NCBI RefSeq assembly: GCF_006345805.1
Contig: NC_043004.1
Coordinates: 53,444,001-53,508,000, forward strand
From: Octopus sinensis
Lineage: Eukaryota
DNA length: 64,000 nt
Reading direction: 5' to 3'
Under the pieces are notes generated by a model that saw only the letters and a program-made list of their open reading frames with translations, had not been told where the DNA came from and did no database searches. Positions 1 through 13,743 of this stretch are shown piece after piece. Each line of letters opens with the position of its first letter. Position 1 is the stretch's first letter. Both the position numbers and the translations under genes were made by a program.

Positions 1-1925
1 AGAATGCAACCTGCTGTCAGAAGAGCAGAAAGGATGCTGCAAGGGCTCACGCGGCTGTAAAGATCAGCTACATATCAATAAAGCCATAACTAAAGACAGA
101 CGTAGAAAGAAAAGAGTCTAAGTGTGGCTTGGCTGGATTACCGAAAGGCTTTTGGTAGTATTCTCCACATATGGATCCTAGAAACACTAGCCATGAACAA
201 GATAACACCAATAATCATAAAATATATAAAACGTTCCATTAATAAATGGCAGGCAGTGCTACAACTCCGGACAAATGAGGGACTCATAAAAACCAAAATC
301 ATTCCCATTAGAAGAGGAATATTCCAAGGAGACACGGTCTCTCCATTCCTTTTCTACTTAGCACTGAGGCTTTTATCTGACATGCTAAACAGAACTGGAT
401 GTGGATACAACTGTTACGGCAAAACAATCAGCCTACTCTTATATATGGATAACCTAAAACTGGAATCTAAATGAACTAATCAAAATAGACAGGAAAACAG
501 GGAAAATAATGACAGAATTTAGGATGCACCACCCACAATCTGACTAAAGTAGAAAGGTTTTGTACACAACGTATCGCAGGTAGTAGAGGCCTTATATAGC
601 TAGAAAACTATTACAAAACAACCACCGTAGGACTATGGAAATACTCACTTCAGAAGCAAGGAAAACTAATGGAAATAGCCACAAAGCACGAACAAAACAA
701 AATACTGTTTTCAGTTTTTAAGGAAGCTCACAAATACAAAAAAGAAGTCATAGTACTTATGAAGAAAACGAAGAAACAGCAAAAGCTGTAAAACAATTGA
801 AATCCAAACTAAAATCTGAACAGCAAGGGATCATCAAAAAACGAGGGCAAGAAAAGCCCCTTCATGGCAAATATTGGGTTAAACTAAACAGAAAAGAAAT
901 AAACAAGGCAAAATTTCAACAATCGCTGAGAAACTCAGAACGCACATTGGAGACTGAACGATATTTAATTGCAGCACCGGATCAAAGCCTCCCCACCAGA
1001 AATTAGCAAAAATCATGTAATGAAAAGAAAAACATCATTTCATTCCCTCGGGAATAATACCAATGTTTCCTTCGAAACATATGTCGGAAGTATGAACATT
1101 GGAATAACACCTACGTTTAACTCCATTTCTTATTTTATCTACGTCATTCAAAGACATTTCACTAAGCCCTGGAACTTCTACCTTTATAAGTATTGGCACT
1201 TAAGCGAATTTTTGCTACCCTGGTAACTATTTACTTATTTTTTCCGTGTAATTTATACACATTGAAAAATACACATACATACATACATGCATACATACAT
1301 ACACACATATATATATATACACACACAAGTAACTTCAGGGTATGTGGAGATGGAAAAGAAACAATAAATTATATAGTCTATGGCCGCCCAGTCCTGGGTA
1401 AGTAGAATTATCTATATTCACGGACACATCAGTGTTGGGACCTAAATATACTGGAAGCTATGCCAAGAATATGGAATAAGAACAGAAATATATAGTATAG
1501 GTACACGCCAGAAAAGGTCACAGAAAATGAGAAAGCAACCGTTCTCTGGGATATGCCAATACACACAGATAGCGAAATTAAGGCTAATAGGCTGGATATA
1601 GTTACCAACAGATGACAATGTTCCTCTAAAAGAAACGGAGAAACTTTCAAAACAGAGGTAACTGGAATGTGGTCTAAAAACAGAAACAATTCCTATCATA
1701 GTAGGTGTATTAGGTATGATAAAAAATATTCAGACAAATGCATAACAAATACTCAAGGACTAACAAGTACATATAATATACATAAAATAGCACGAATAGG
1801 CACCGCACACACGCTACGTAAAACACTTTCAATACAGTGAAAATGAGAGCACCACAGCAAACCGCAGCACATACCCAAGGTACAGAGAGCTGCGTTCGGT
1901 AGTGCAGTGAAAACATGTGATAAAA
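1..1925 (+). mobile_element. Degraded R4/Dong-like (RLE-type) non-LTR retrotransposon 3' part: RT plus restriction-like endonuclease region
   Basis: ORF 124-474 carries RT motifs (WLDYRKAF, RRGIFQGDTVSP, LYMDNLKL). 797-1006 has the post-RT motif ETERYLIAAPDQSL. 1330-1845 shows frameshifted remnants of the Zn-knuckle (RVCGDGKETINYIV) and of the RLE region (ATVLWDMPIHTDSEIKANRLDIV; ETIPIIVGVLG). Many stops and frameshifts. Interrupted at ~1006-1330. Confidence 0.8.
1032..1285. repeat. Dispersed ~250-bp repeat, copy 1, lying inside the LINE
   Basis: Near-identical to 5582-5850 (acatcattt..ttccctcggga..ttcgaaacatatgtcggaagtat..gaaaaatacacatacatac). Confidence 0.85.
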
Positions 1926-2968
1926 ATAAGACTACTGAATAATGATGATGAGGAGGAGGAGGATTTTAACTTCTGGCACAAGACCAGCATATTCTGTAAG
2001 GAATTAGTCGCTTAGTCTACACTAACCTTCTTTTCCATTTAGTGCATCGAGAAGTTTCTTACAACTGAATCTTCACAAACTAGTCTTATGTGTGATATCA
2101 ATTGAATACCGCAAGGGGAAAACAAATGCAAACCAAATGTCCACATATTCTGGATGTATGGCTGTTGCACTATTCGTAATACTGTGTACAATGTTTGGCA
2201 GATTGTACAACACATCCATGTATGTACATTTTGCCCCGATGAAAGCACTTCTTTAGCATTGTTGGGTCAATAACAATGATAATAGCCCAAAACCCAGATG
2301 AGTTTATCTTCCCACAATACCAGCAACAGCAGAAACCTTTCTGGGAGAGGTAAAAGATTTGTGAGGAATTTATGATGAAATCAACCACGAGAAAAATGTA
2401 AAAACGTTACGCAGATATGTTCTATAAATGCTATAGAGATGAGGCCGCCAGCTAAGGCCTTTTAAAGAATTCTCACATCCTTTGAGTTCTCTAACTGCAA
2501 AGGTAACAGCTTTCTTCTAGTGTTCACTCTTCCAGACAAATGCTAAACGTAAGCTATTCTTCTCGAGCCACATTTACAACATTTATTTGCCTATCAACAA
2601 TTTACAGGATGTTATAACCACACAGCCCATCATTTAAGTTGATGGGGGTTTCACAGAAAAGGAAAGTAGGAGAATACTACTTACAGTCCATGGCATATAC
2701 CTACATATGTTTCCACATGCACATACACATATACACTTATGAATATATAGAAAGGAAAGAGATATATATGTATATTCATATATGTATTTGTGTATGTGCG
2801 TAAGCATATACATATATATACATATATATATATCATATACACACGAGCGCAGGCACACACACACTTTATAAACAGACGTGCATTTATATATGAATAAATG
2901 AATACAAATATATACAAGTGTACATATACATGTATATATTTATGCATATATATATACATATATATATA

Positions 2969-3021
<53 letters not shown>

Positions 3022-3078
3022 ATATATATATATGAATATATGTATGTATGCATAGGTATATATATATTATATATATAT

Positions 3079-3903
3079 TTCCTAAAATCTTGATTTCGAA
3101 ACGTACGTCCGTAGATAACTTAAAAATGTATGATAGATTGCAGTCAATTCATTCTCTCTTACCTGTTTGTGTCTGCCTTCCAATTACTGTTTTTACTGAG
3201 ATCTCCCTTTTTAGTAGAAGAAATAGCTATAACCCTTTGACTGCTATTTCTAAATTCGGTATGTGGTAAGGCAATTCGTTGCTAAACCCTTTATTGCTTA
3301 GTATTACTTAAATTTTCCTCGAATGAGGCTTTTACATGCCGAAGACTACTTGGTGTAATTGATAATTATTCAAATTAATTAATTTCACCCTTCATTATTA
3401 CGGATAACCATATTTTATCTCAGTAGATGACCACAGCATCTTGTTTTGGCTACACGCGGGTGGGAAGGGGCTGGTGACACAATCGTTTCATTCACAAATT
3501 GAATTCGGTGATACTAGTTGCGGATTCTAGCTCGCTCTGATACTGAGTTGAGTTGGTGCCTTCTAGTATCTCAAAATTCAATATATAATCATTTATGATT
3601 ATAGTATTCTACGCTGAAGAGAAAAGAAGTTTCGGTAAGATAGAATTATTTAATATTTATTATTTAATTCTTATGCTTTCCTAAAAACTTGATTTCGAAA
3701 CGTACGTCCGTAGATAACTTAAAAATGTATGATAGATTGCAGTCAATTCATTCTCTCTTACCTGTTTGTGTCTGCCTTCCAATTGCTGTTTTTACTGAGA
3801 TCTCCCTTTTTAGTAGAAGAAATAGCTATAACCCTTTGACTGCTATTTCTAAATTCGGTATGTGGTAAGGCAATTCGTTGCTAAACCCTTTATTGCTTAG
3901 TAT

Positions 3904-3908
<5 letters not shown>
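3079..3908 (+). mobile_element. ORF-less partial tandem (599-bp period) with a hammerhead ribozyme; retrozyme-like or PLE pLTR-like
   Basis: 3079-3308 is repeated at 3678-3908. Both ends abut (TA)n. Hammerhead at 3608-3714. Confidence 0.75.
3608..3714 (+). ncRNA. Type I hammerhead ribozyme with extended stem II
   Basis: Stem I TCTACG/CGTAGA; core CTGAAGA; stem II GAAA-ag-AAGTTT...AAACTT-ga-TTTC with an AT-rich extension; GAAAC; palindromic stem/loop III ACGTACGT; GTC cleavage triplet at 3706-3708. Confidence 0.85.
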
Positions 3909-3963
<55 letters not shown>

Positions 3964-3989
3964 GTTGTGTATATATATGTTTATATGTA

Positions 3990-4035
<46 letters not shown>

Positions 4036-4478
4036 ATCATACATTTTCATGTTTTTCTGCCTGTGAGATGCTAGCCAATATATCTGCAAGAAAACATGAC
4101 AACATCAAAGCTACAACAAGATACGTTTCAACTGTCAGATTACCTTAATATCCATATACCTATTCCCTCAATACAGGATTATCTAAAGCGTATCTGATAG
4201 GATTCGCTTCAGTCAAGCATACTACATATAAGGACGTGTCTAAATGTGCATTATTATTATGAACTCACACACAAACACACACACATACACACGCAGAGGA
4301 AAGCACGTGCACGCATACACAGACAGATACATAGCAAAGTTACAAATGAATATAGATATATTCACATGAAACTTTATAGTTTCGAAGACAAGCCAGCATA
4401 ATAGGAAGCTAACTTCAACATGTCGCTATTCAGTTATAGTAATAAGCAATACATAATATAAATAGATATACAAATAAA

Positions 4479-4577
<99 letters not shown>

Positions 4578-4785
4578 CATAAATAAATGAATGTATAAGT
4601 ATAAATAAATGACACACAAGAATAATATGGTGCAATATTCGAGCGAAGATCTATTGGTCTATAAATCGGTGTGTCGATATAATATGTGTTTATATTCTTT
4701 TCACAAGTCTATATTTTTTTATTAACGATGTTATAACTCTCAGAGATAGATGTAAGACATCTCTCCTTTAATAAATGCATGTGTA

Positions 4786-5093
4786 TAGGACGGCAAGCTG
4801 GCAGAATCGTTAGCACGCCGGGCGAAAAGCTTACCCGTATTTCGTCTGCCGTTACGTTCTGAGTTCAAATTCCCCCAAGGTCGACTTTGCCTTTCATCCT
4901 TTTGGGGTCGATTAAATAAGTACCAGTTACACAGTGGGGTCGATATAATCGACTTAATCCGTTTGTCTGTCCTTGATTGTCCTCTCTGTGTTTAGCCCCT
5001 TGTAGGTAGTAAAGAAATAGGTATTTCGTCTGCCGCTACGTTCTGAGTTCAAATTCCGCCGAGGTCGACTTTGCCTTTCATCCTTTCGGGGTC
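4786..5093 (+). mobile_element. tRNA-derived SINE with a partial internal duplication
   Basis: A-box-like ggcaagctggcagaatcgttagc and B-box-like gttctgagttcaaattcc. The segment gtatttcgtctgccg..ggggtc recurs at ~4837-4908 and ~5020-5093. Confidence 0.75.
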
Positions 5094-5581
5094 TACAGAT
5101 GGAGAAGGACATACTACCACCATGTTCTTAATGATGAAATTAAACTCTCTGTTAATATATCTACCTCTTTGTAATGTTGGCAAATGAAATAAGTATAAAA
5201 ATGTGCATTGTCCGTTTAATTGGAAAATTCTATATGTGGCTGAAGATTGCTCGACATTTTAAAACTGATCTAATACTTACAGTGTTTAATAAAATGAAGT
5301 AGCATGAAACGATTGCACTACTCTACCTTGGATATCCTTGTTGGTTATTTTGATTATACATATGTGTGTGTGTGCGTGTGTGTGTGTGTGTGAGTGTATG
5401 TGTGTGTGTGTGCGTGTATGTGTGTGTTTAAATATATATATCGATATCGATAAATTAAGAAATGTAGTTAACGCAGGATTTATTCAAATCCTTATACTTC
5501 CGACATTGATATTATTCTCAAGAGAATAAAACGATGTGTTTTGTTTCTGTTTTTAACCCGACCAGATAAATAGATTGTTTT

Positions 5582-5850
5582 ACATCATTTTATTCCCTCG
5601 GGATTAATACCAATGTTTTCTTCGAAACATATGTCGGAAGTATAAAGATTAGAATAACACCTACGTTTAACTCCATTTCTTAATTTATCAACGTCATTCA
5701 AAGACATTTCTCTAAACCTTGGAACTTCTACCTTTATAAGTAGGCTATATAATCCTTGGCACTTAAGCGAATTTTTGCTACCCTGGTAACTATTGACTTA
5801 TTTTTTCCGTGTAATTTATACACATTGAAAAATACACATACATACATACA
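5582..5850. repeat. Dispersed ~250-bp repeat, copy 2
   Basis: Matches 1032-1285 in the same orientation, with a ~14-bp insertion. Confidence 0.85.
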
Positions 5851-6289
5851 TACACACACTGACACGTTCTCTTTCTTCTCCCCTCTTTAATTCCTTCTTT
5901 CTCTCTCTTCTCCCCCCCTTTGGTGCCTTTGTCCCTCTTTTTCTCTCTCTCTTTGATTCCTTTGCCCCCTTTCTTTTTCTCTCCCTTCTCCTCTCACGTG
6001 ACCGCCGGTCAACTAGCCTTTCGGCTTCTGACCACCGCCACGACAACATTGTTCTCTTCGTCTGCCGCCAAGGCATTTTTTCCAAATACGCCAGCTAAGA
6101 TTCGATGAACTGTCTAAAGTCGTAAGACACCCGCTGTTTTTATCCTGTTATTACTATTATTGATTTTTTGTATTTATATTCGTATGGAATCGTCCGTTTC
6201 TCTGTCCTTGTTTCGTATACATTCGATCCTTTTCCAAGAAATCTAATGCTCGTAGCTTATTTTTTCCTTGGGAGCGATCTCAAGATTAA

Positions 6290-6412
6290 TCAGTCGAAAT
6301 TGCGAGGATGATCCGGTTCTTGACTGAAGATTGAAGGCTTCGAATGTCCCGTCTGTTTTTTTTTGTATTGTCTTCTAAATGTTTTACGTTCTTGTCCCAG
6401 TTTGTATTTTTC

Positions 6413-6420
<8 letters not shown>
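6290..6420 (-). repeat. Dispersed repeat related to 12890-13070; possibly PLE terminal sequence
   Basis: The reverse complement shares aatacaaa..tgggacaagaac, gacggg and catc.t.gca.tttcg.ctg..gaga..gctcc with 12890-13070. Both abut (TA)n. Confidence 0.5.
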
Positions 6421-6470
<50 letters not shown>

Positions 6471-6799
6471 GTATATACATAAGTATATGTACGTAAAATA
6501 TACACACGTACTAATATATACTTAAATACATATTTATATACATATATCTATCTATCTATCTGTCTGTCAATCTATTTATCCATCTATCTATCTATACCAT
6601 GTTTCTAGATACACACCTATATGTATATATATGTATTTGTGTATGTGTGTGTAGAATGTATGCTCGCGTGTGTATGAGCTTGGTTGCTATTACATTTGTG
6701 TTCTCTTTAGACTGTTCTCTTATTTTAAATTTATACGAAGTTTGTTAGTTTCCAATCATTTATTCGGTGATGGTTGTGAATGTTGTGTAGTCGGGTGTC

Positions 6800-7620
6800 G
6801 GTGGTGGGCTAATTCTCAATCCATTCAAATTTTCCGCGAAGAACCTGAGTGAATTGAATTTCATTGATACACATGCTGCTATTTTTATTGGCCTTAATGC
6901 AGGTCTCGTCTGTGTAGCGAAATTTTAAATTCAAGGGAATCTACCGAACCGGCATATTTTTCTTCGATATGATGATACCTTAACGATATAGGTGCTTTTT
7001 TTCTTTTAAATTTATGCCAGGATTCGTCCACACTACATTGTATATATTGAGTATTTTTCCAAGTGTGAACTGTCCGACTGTGCATCTTAGTTTATATATT
7101 ACATGAGAATTTGTTTAGCAGATCATGTAGTTGTTATCGGTACAGGGTATTCTTCTGAAAGAATACGCTGCACTAATTGGTCATGTAATGAATCTGCCTT
7201 ATAAATTTTCCAGTCAGTTAAGCTTGCGTGTTGTCTACAAATATAAGCTGATTCAAGTCTAGGAGTAGTATCAACAACCATGACGCTCACGTCAAACTGT
7301 CATGGCAGGTCTCTGTTATGCCAATTTTCTTCTTAGATCTTTCAAATCTATTCCAAATTTGCGCAGGGTATAGTTTCCAACCTTTCTTGCACCTCTTTAT
7401 TACCTCATTCTATCTTGTGGGTTATACTCGAAAATCTACAAGCGGTAGATGGATATTTTTCTCTTCTCACTTTATACTTCTATCAGAACAAATATTTTTG
7501 TCGTTATTGAGATATAGCAGAACTCTTTTGGACCAGGTACTTGAGGTCATGCACTTTGCGTAAGGGAAATTGAGTATATGTACAATATTGCTTAGAGGTT
7601 CTAATCAGCGTTCGATCACT
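6800..7620 (-). pseudogene. Highly degraded PLE 3' region (GIY-YIG endonuclease relic)
   Basis: Minus-strand translation gives MIC*TNSHVIYKLRCTVGQFTLGKILN, resembling the C..NVIY.L.C..C...YIG.T motif. Multiple stops. Confidence 0.45.
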
Positions 7621-8277
7621 AAAAGTGGCAGACTGTTTTGAGGGTGTGTTAAAATATAATAAAGTGTTAATGTCTCCTTTACTGGATGGAATAGGCTATT
7701 TTCAGGAAAATGGACGGAATGTCGCTAAGCTTTTAACCCGGCATACTAGTGATTCTGCCAGCGCGCTGGCGTAGAAATAATAACGAATAGAAACGCAAAT
7801 GATAGTATTTGTACACGAAAAGTGTATACGCATACACCGATAAAATTAAAAACACTCACTAATACAGATACGGGATGTTTGGACTTACCAGACGCAAGTG
7901 AAAAATGTTAACATGTTCTTGGTCTTTCTAAATTCTAGTCGGGAAAAATATAATATACAATAAAATATACCATGCCTGCCATAACATGCAATAATTACGT
8001 TATCCATTTTCCTTGTGTTCATTAAATCTAAGCATATTCCATAATATTTCAATCCATGAAAAGCTACATTTACTGTTCTAGGATTATCACTCACAATAGT
8101 AAATTAAACACAAAGATATAAGTAAATGTAACATCTGATAATTAAATTGAAGTTGTTTACCTTTCATTTCCGAGGAAAACTGTTAATACTGACCAAATAA
8201 AAGGCGAGGCAGAATTCAAGAACCTGTCAATGAAATATATGTAATAAAAAGCTGAGACCAAAGTGTGTGCTTACTAC

Positions 8278-8352
<75 letters not shown>

Positions 8353-8548
8353 ATATATATATACACAGTATATATCTGCATGTACGTATGTGTATATATA
8401 TATATGTATATTTATGAATTGATGCGTATATTCACAAATATGTATACATATCTGTTGGTGTATATGTAGTTATTAACTGTGTTAAGTTACTTATGAATAT
8501 TCATAGATTACAGAACTATATATGAATATATCTACATGTATATGTGTG

Positions 8549-8579
<31 letters not shown>

Positions 8580-8756
8580 ATGTATGTATATACATAATTA
8601 TATATATTTATGTTTATATATATACACATATATGTACATATACATACAAACATGAAAATATCTATATTCACCTTTTTATATTTGAATGTGTGATCTTTTC
8701 GAGTTTTAATTTCTTCCGCATATATATGTCGGTTTATCTTTATGTGTAAATATATA

Positions 8757-9320
<564 letters not shown>

Positions 9321-10094
9321 ATATATATATATATCTATATATATATCAACATACACAAAAGGATGCGCGTAAACGCCATACATATACAGACGTATGAATA
9401 TAAATCTAAATATACACATAAATGCATGTGTACATATATTCACGCAAACCTTCTCGCACGCAAGCTAAAAATCATGTATGTAGCGATTCTCATATACTGA
9501 GTAAGGGGGGTGGACGAAAGAAAGGGAGAGAGAGAAAAAAGAAACGAAGGAGGGGTGGGGGAAAAAAGGAAATAAGAAAAAATTATGTATACAAGCAGTG
9601 TAACGGCATTATTGGCATATATGGAGACAAGTATACATACACAAGATACATATACATACAGTCGTGTATATGTGTGCTTAAGCACAAACATACTTTCACT
9701 TACACATACACAGATACGCATGCTTACAAATACATATGCTTTGCTATACACATACTTATATCAACATTCTAATTTTGACAACATTGCTTTTTTTTAAAAA
9801 AAACATTGCTTTTTAAAAATGGGTGCATTAATAAAAATATATACGAAAGACATAAAATAAAATATAACATCCTATTTTGGGTCATTTATAAATAATCAAG
9901 GTAATATAAATAATCAAGGTAATCCTATACAATACAATAACATGAAAACAAAGTTGGAGGTTTTTCCTAATATATATGTAGAAACATAAGACTTTGCTAT
10001 ACGGATTAAGATCCGCATAGTTTGGAAACAAAATCCATCGTAGCGCTCATCGTTCAAGAGTCAAAATCAAAATCAAAAATACAAAATATATACT

Positions 10095-10521
10095 CTATCC
10101 ATATGGTATATTTATATTCGACATTTTAAATTTAGCCGCGTGCCTACATATGTTCATTAGCTCACTTCTTTGATTCAAATAATTATTGTCTTTGAATAAG
10201 ATGTACATTTTTTCTAATAGACAAAGCTTGCACTTGAAATTATTTTTGTATGCTCCATGCCTGTATGGTGCCGCCCTGTCCAGAATGCTCCATGTCACGT
10301 TGAAAGGTGGGGCTTCCTTTACTTTTAGTTCCCAGACATATTTTGCTAGGCTGGTTTTCTTCCTATTCTCTGGGTATTTAAATGAATTTTTATGAGAATA
10401 AAATCTTGTTTTAAATGAATTTTGTGAAGCCCCTGTGTATGTCTTGTATTCCGATGAGCCTTCATTTAACGGCTTTTGTGTGTTTCTTAAATGGCTTATA
10501 AACACCTTCCACGCTGCAATT
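10095..10521 (-). pseudogene. 5'-truncated PLE GIY-YIG endonuclease (Naiad-like; a different family from the large array)
   Basis: NCSVEGV.YK..(frameshift)..YTGASQNSFKTRFYSHKNSF..TSLAKYVWELK..VTWSILDRAAPY..CKLCLLEK..LNQRSELMNICRH. The 5' break lies in (TA)n at ~10521. Confidence 0.85.
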
Positions 10522-10809
10522 GTATATATATATATATATATATATATAGATATATATATATATATTTACATATATAAGTGTACATATGTGAGTATATGTA
10601 TGTGTATGACAGTTTGTTGTTATACTTTATTGTTAGTAGATGTGTATATATATATGAATGTAGGAACATCAATATTTCACAATGTTTGATGATTATTGAT
10701 TATCTGCCCTGTCTTCATTTATTCACGTCATATTGAAAATTTTGAATAAAAAACACAGATGATTAATAAAGTACTATATGAAAACATACAACCATCACTA
10801 TTAATAATA

Positions 10810-10843
10810 ACGCTACTACGTCCACTATTTCCACTACTACTAT

Positions 10844-10920
<77 letters not shown>

Positions 10921-11101
10921 GTAATAATAATAATAATATAATAATAATAATATAATAATAATAATATAATAATAATAATATAATAATAATAATATAATAA
11001 TAATAATATAATAATAATAATATAATAATAATAATATAATAATAATAATAATAATAATAATAGTAATAATAATAATAATAATATTAATAATAATAATAAT
11101 A

Positions 11102-11190
<89 letters not shown>

Positions 11191-11215
11191 TAATGATAAT
11201 GATGATAATAATAGC
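10810..11215. repeat. Compound (CTA)n/(TAA)n microsatellite
   Basis: Read directly from the sequence; explains the poly-L/I/Y ORFs. Confidence 0.95.
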
Positions 11216-12580
11216 GACAACAACAATTGGCATTGTTCTGTTTTCCATTTCCTTTTCCCTGGTCTGCTATAGTATACTTCAACCACTTAACGGCAAACTC
11301 ATTCAATAAATCTAAATTCTCACACATTTTTGTACAAATAGAATTATGCATACATATATGTACATTAATGTATATTCAATATAAATATATGCTTGTGTGT
11401 GATGTGTGCATATATATATATTATATATATATATATATATAATATATATATATATATAATACAGGTACATTAACATACGGGAATATGTGTTTGTATGTGT
11501 GTGTACATGTGTGAATGTGTGTTTCTGTGTGAAAATCATTCTTTTGTTCCTCTCAGACTTAGAACTTGCGTGTTTTCATTGACATTTAATCATTTTACAA
11601 TCTTTGTCCTAGAGCACTGACGATGTAGGCTTATACAGCTTATAACTGTGTGGAATACGAACATTGAGTGAGATATGATGTTGGAAGACTCTACTTTGCT
11701 CATAATCCTGTAAGACTTTTTCGATCCAGAGTACCAATACTCCACAATCACTTTATCCCCGAACGATATGAATGATTGTCAAATTGACGCGTGCTTACAG
11801 ACCTTGGGTGACTTTGCAGAGAAAAGCAAGTGATTGTAATAAATAGCTAAGTATCCTGATCCACGCTGAGGGCTCACTACACTAAACCCTTCGAGGTCAG
11901 CCCTAATTCTAGGATAGAGGCTTCTTGTTTAAAAGTGGTCTAAATTGAAACCTTCCAGCAAAACCCCATGTTAATCTATGTTCTTCATTATTATCAAAAT
12001 TAAATGAAACAGTTTTTGGGTATTTCAGCAGGAATATGCTAACAAAAGGGTTAATATCTGAAGTATGTCTCTATAACGAATTTGACTTATGTGAAAGAAG
12101 CATGTTTTATTTGGGATAACCTGGCTTTGCTATAGTCAAAGCAAGTTTGTCTGCAGTCAGCATTGCTGCGCGTTCAATATAGTAATCTTAGTGTGTGGGA
12201 GAAATCTTGCATGCATATTTTCTCTTTGGAAAAATATTAATAATACGATAGTGCATGATAGAAGTTTTTTTATAGTAATTTTCAAATGGTTAGACATGGC
12301 CAATAATATCCAATAATAAAAGGGTTGGTGCAGTATAAAACCCTTATTTTGGAGGAACTAGTTGTCGCATAACCTCATAAGGTTATTTGGCAGAATACAT
12401 AAATTTCCACCACGACACCTCGATATAAATAAATTTATTACATGAGCGAAACGTTGATGTGAGTATCAAAACATTGAAAAAAAAAAAGAAACTATAACTA
12501 ATGCTACCGTGCAGAAAAATGAATGAGCAATTCTGAAGTTCATGTTTGTTATCATATATAATTATTCATGGATCAAGCAT

Positions 12581-12638
<58 letters not shown>

Positions 12639-12889
12639 ATGTAAGTATGTATGCATAGGTGCACGTGCATATAAGCACACTCGTATTTTAGTGATTGTGT
12701 GCAAGTCTTTATCGTATGTGAATCTATATACATATACATATATATATGTATATATATACACATACACGAAAGTATGAATATATATATATATGTATACATA
12801 TATATTTATAAATCAATAAATGGTGGGGTTGTGTTGAATTTTTCCTCTCCTCCTATTATAATGTTTCCTGTCCTATATATATATATATA

Positions 12890-13070
12890 AGAATACAAAA
12901 ATGGGACAAGAACACAACAGGCGACAACAAAACATCCAGACAGATTATACAAAAACGGACAAGAAAAAACAAGGACGGGTCTCTTGGAGTTTGCTTTCTT
13001 CATTTGTGTTCCACATCATCTTTGCAGTTTCGGCTGGTTGTACTCGAGACTGCTCCAATCTGGCCAGCCA
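12890..13070 (+). repeat. Dispersed repeat related to 6290-6420
   Basis: Shares the motifs listed for 6290-6420; flanked by (TA)n. Confidence 0.5.
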
Positions 13071-13690
13071 TATATATATATATATATTTATTTATATGTT
13101 TCCAGTACTAACGACAGGCAGAAATAGCCCAAAACAAGACTCGTCTGCAGGTCCCGTCACTAGAATGTGATAGGGGTTGGTTTCCCCGCTTGCAATATCT
13201 AGGATGCAGCTGTCCATCATTAACCAGCTATAGGAAATATCCTGTTAGGGTTAAAACATCTTAGTAAAGTCCGTTCCAACGGTCATATTGAAGTGGCTAC
13301 GAACATTAATTGTGAATACAACTACTACGTTGATCTCTTAGAGAGATTTTAGAACTAACATTTTTGCCTATATATTTCTCTGTGTGTATGCATGTATGTA
13401 TATGGAATATATACTTAAATTTTCTATGCATTTATATATGCGTCTGTGTTCATGTATGAATGCATGTATGAATGTATGCTTGCGTTTCTATATTTGATCT
13501 TCATCTTATTTATGCACATATAAATAAAATATCCATGATTTAAATACATACGCAGTCACACGTAGAGACATACGAATATAAATCGATATACAATTTTGTA
13601 TATGTCAATACATGAGTACATATATGCATGATATATACATGCATATTGTATATATATTATCTATATATATATTTATTTATATATATATTA

Positions 13691-13743
<53 letters not shown>

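Noticed and set aside
2040-2350. Host exon(s) in the non-repetitive stretches 2040-2350 and 63020-63115
   Set aside because: Short open frames with possible splice sites exist, but there is no recognisable homology or consistent gene model.
4786-4870. tRNA genes at the SINE heads (also 17720-17790, 55777 and 57101)
   Set aside because: Only A/B-box-like remnants are present, with no full cloverleaf, and they run on into SINE bodies.
6330-6360. Hammerhead in ctgaagattgaaggcttcgaatgtcccgtc
   Set aside because: The GAAA core is incomplete and stems I-III cannot be formed convincingly.
9990-10050. SECIS or ribozyme downstream of the 10095-10521 endonuclease fragment
   Set aside because: A hairpin exists, but ATGA is 23 nt from the AAA and no matching GA quartet is present. 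There is also no CUGAnGA..GAAA core.
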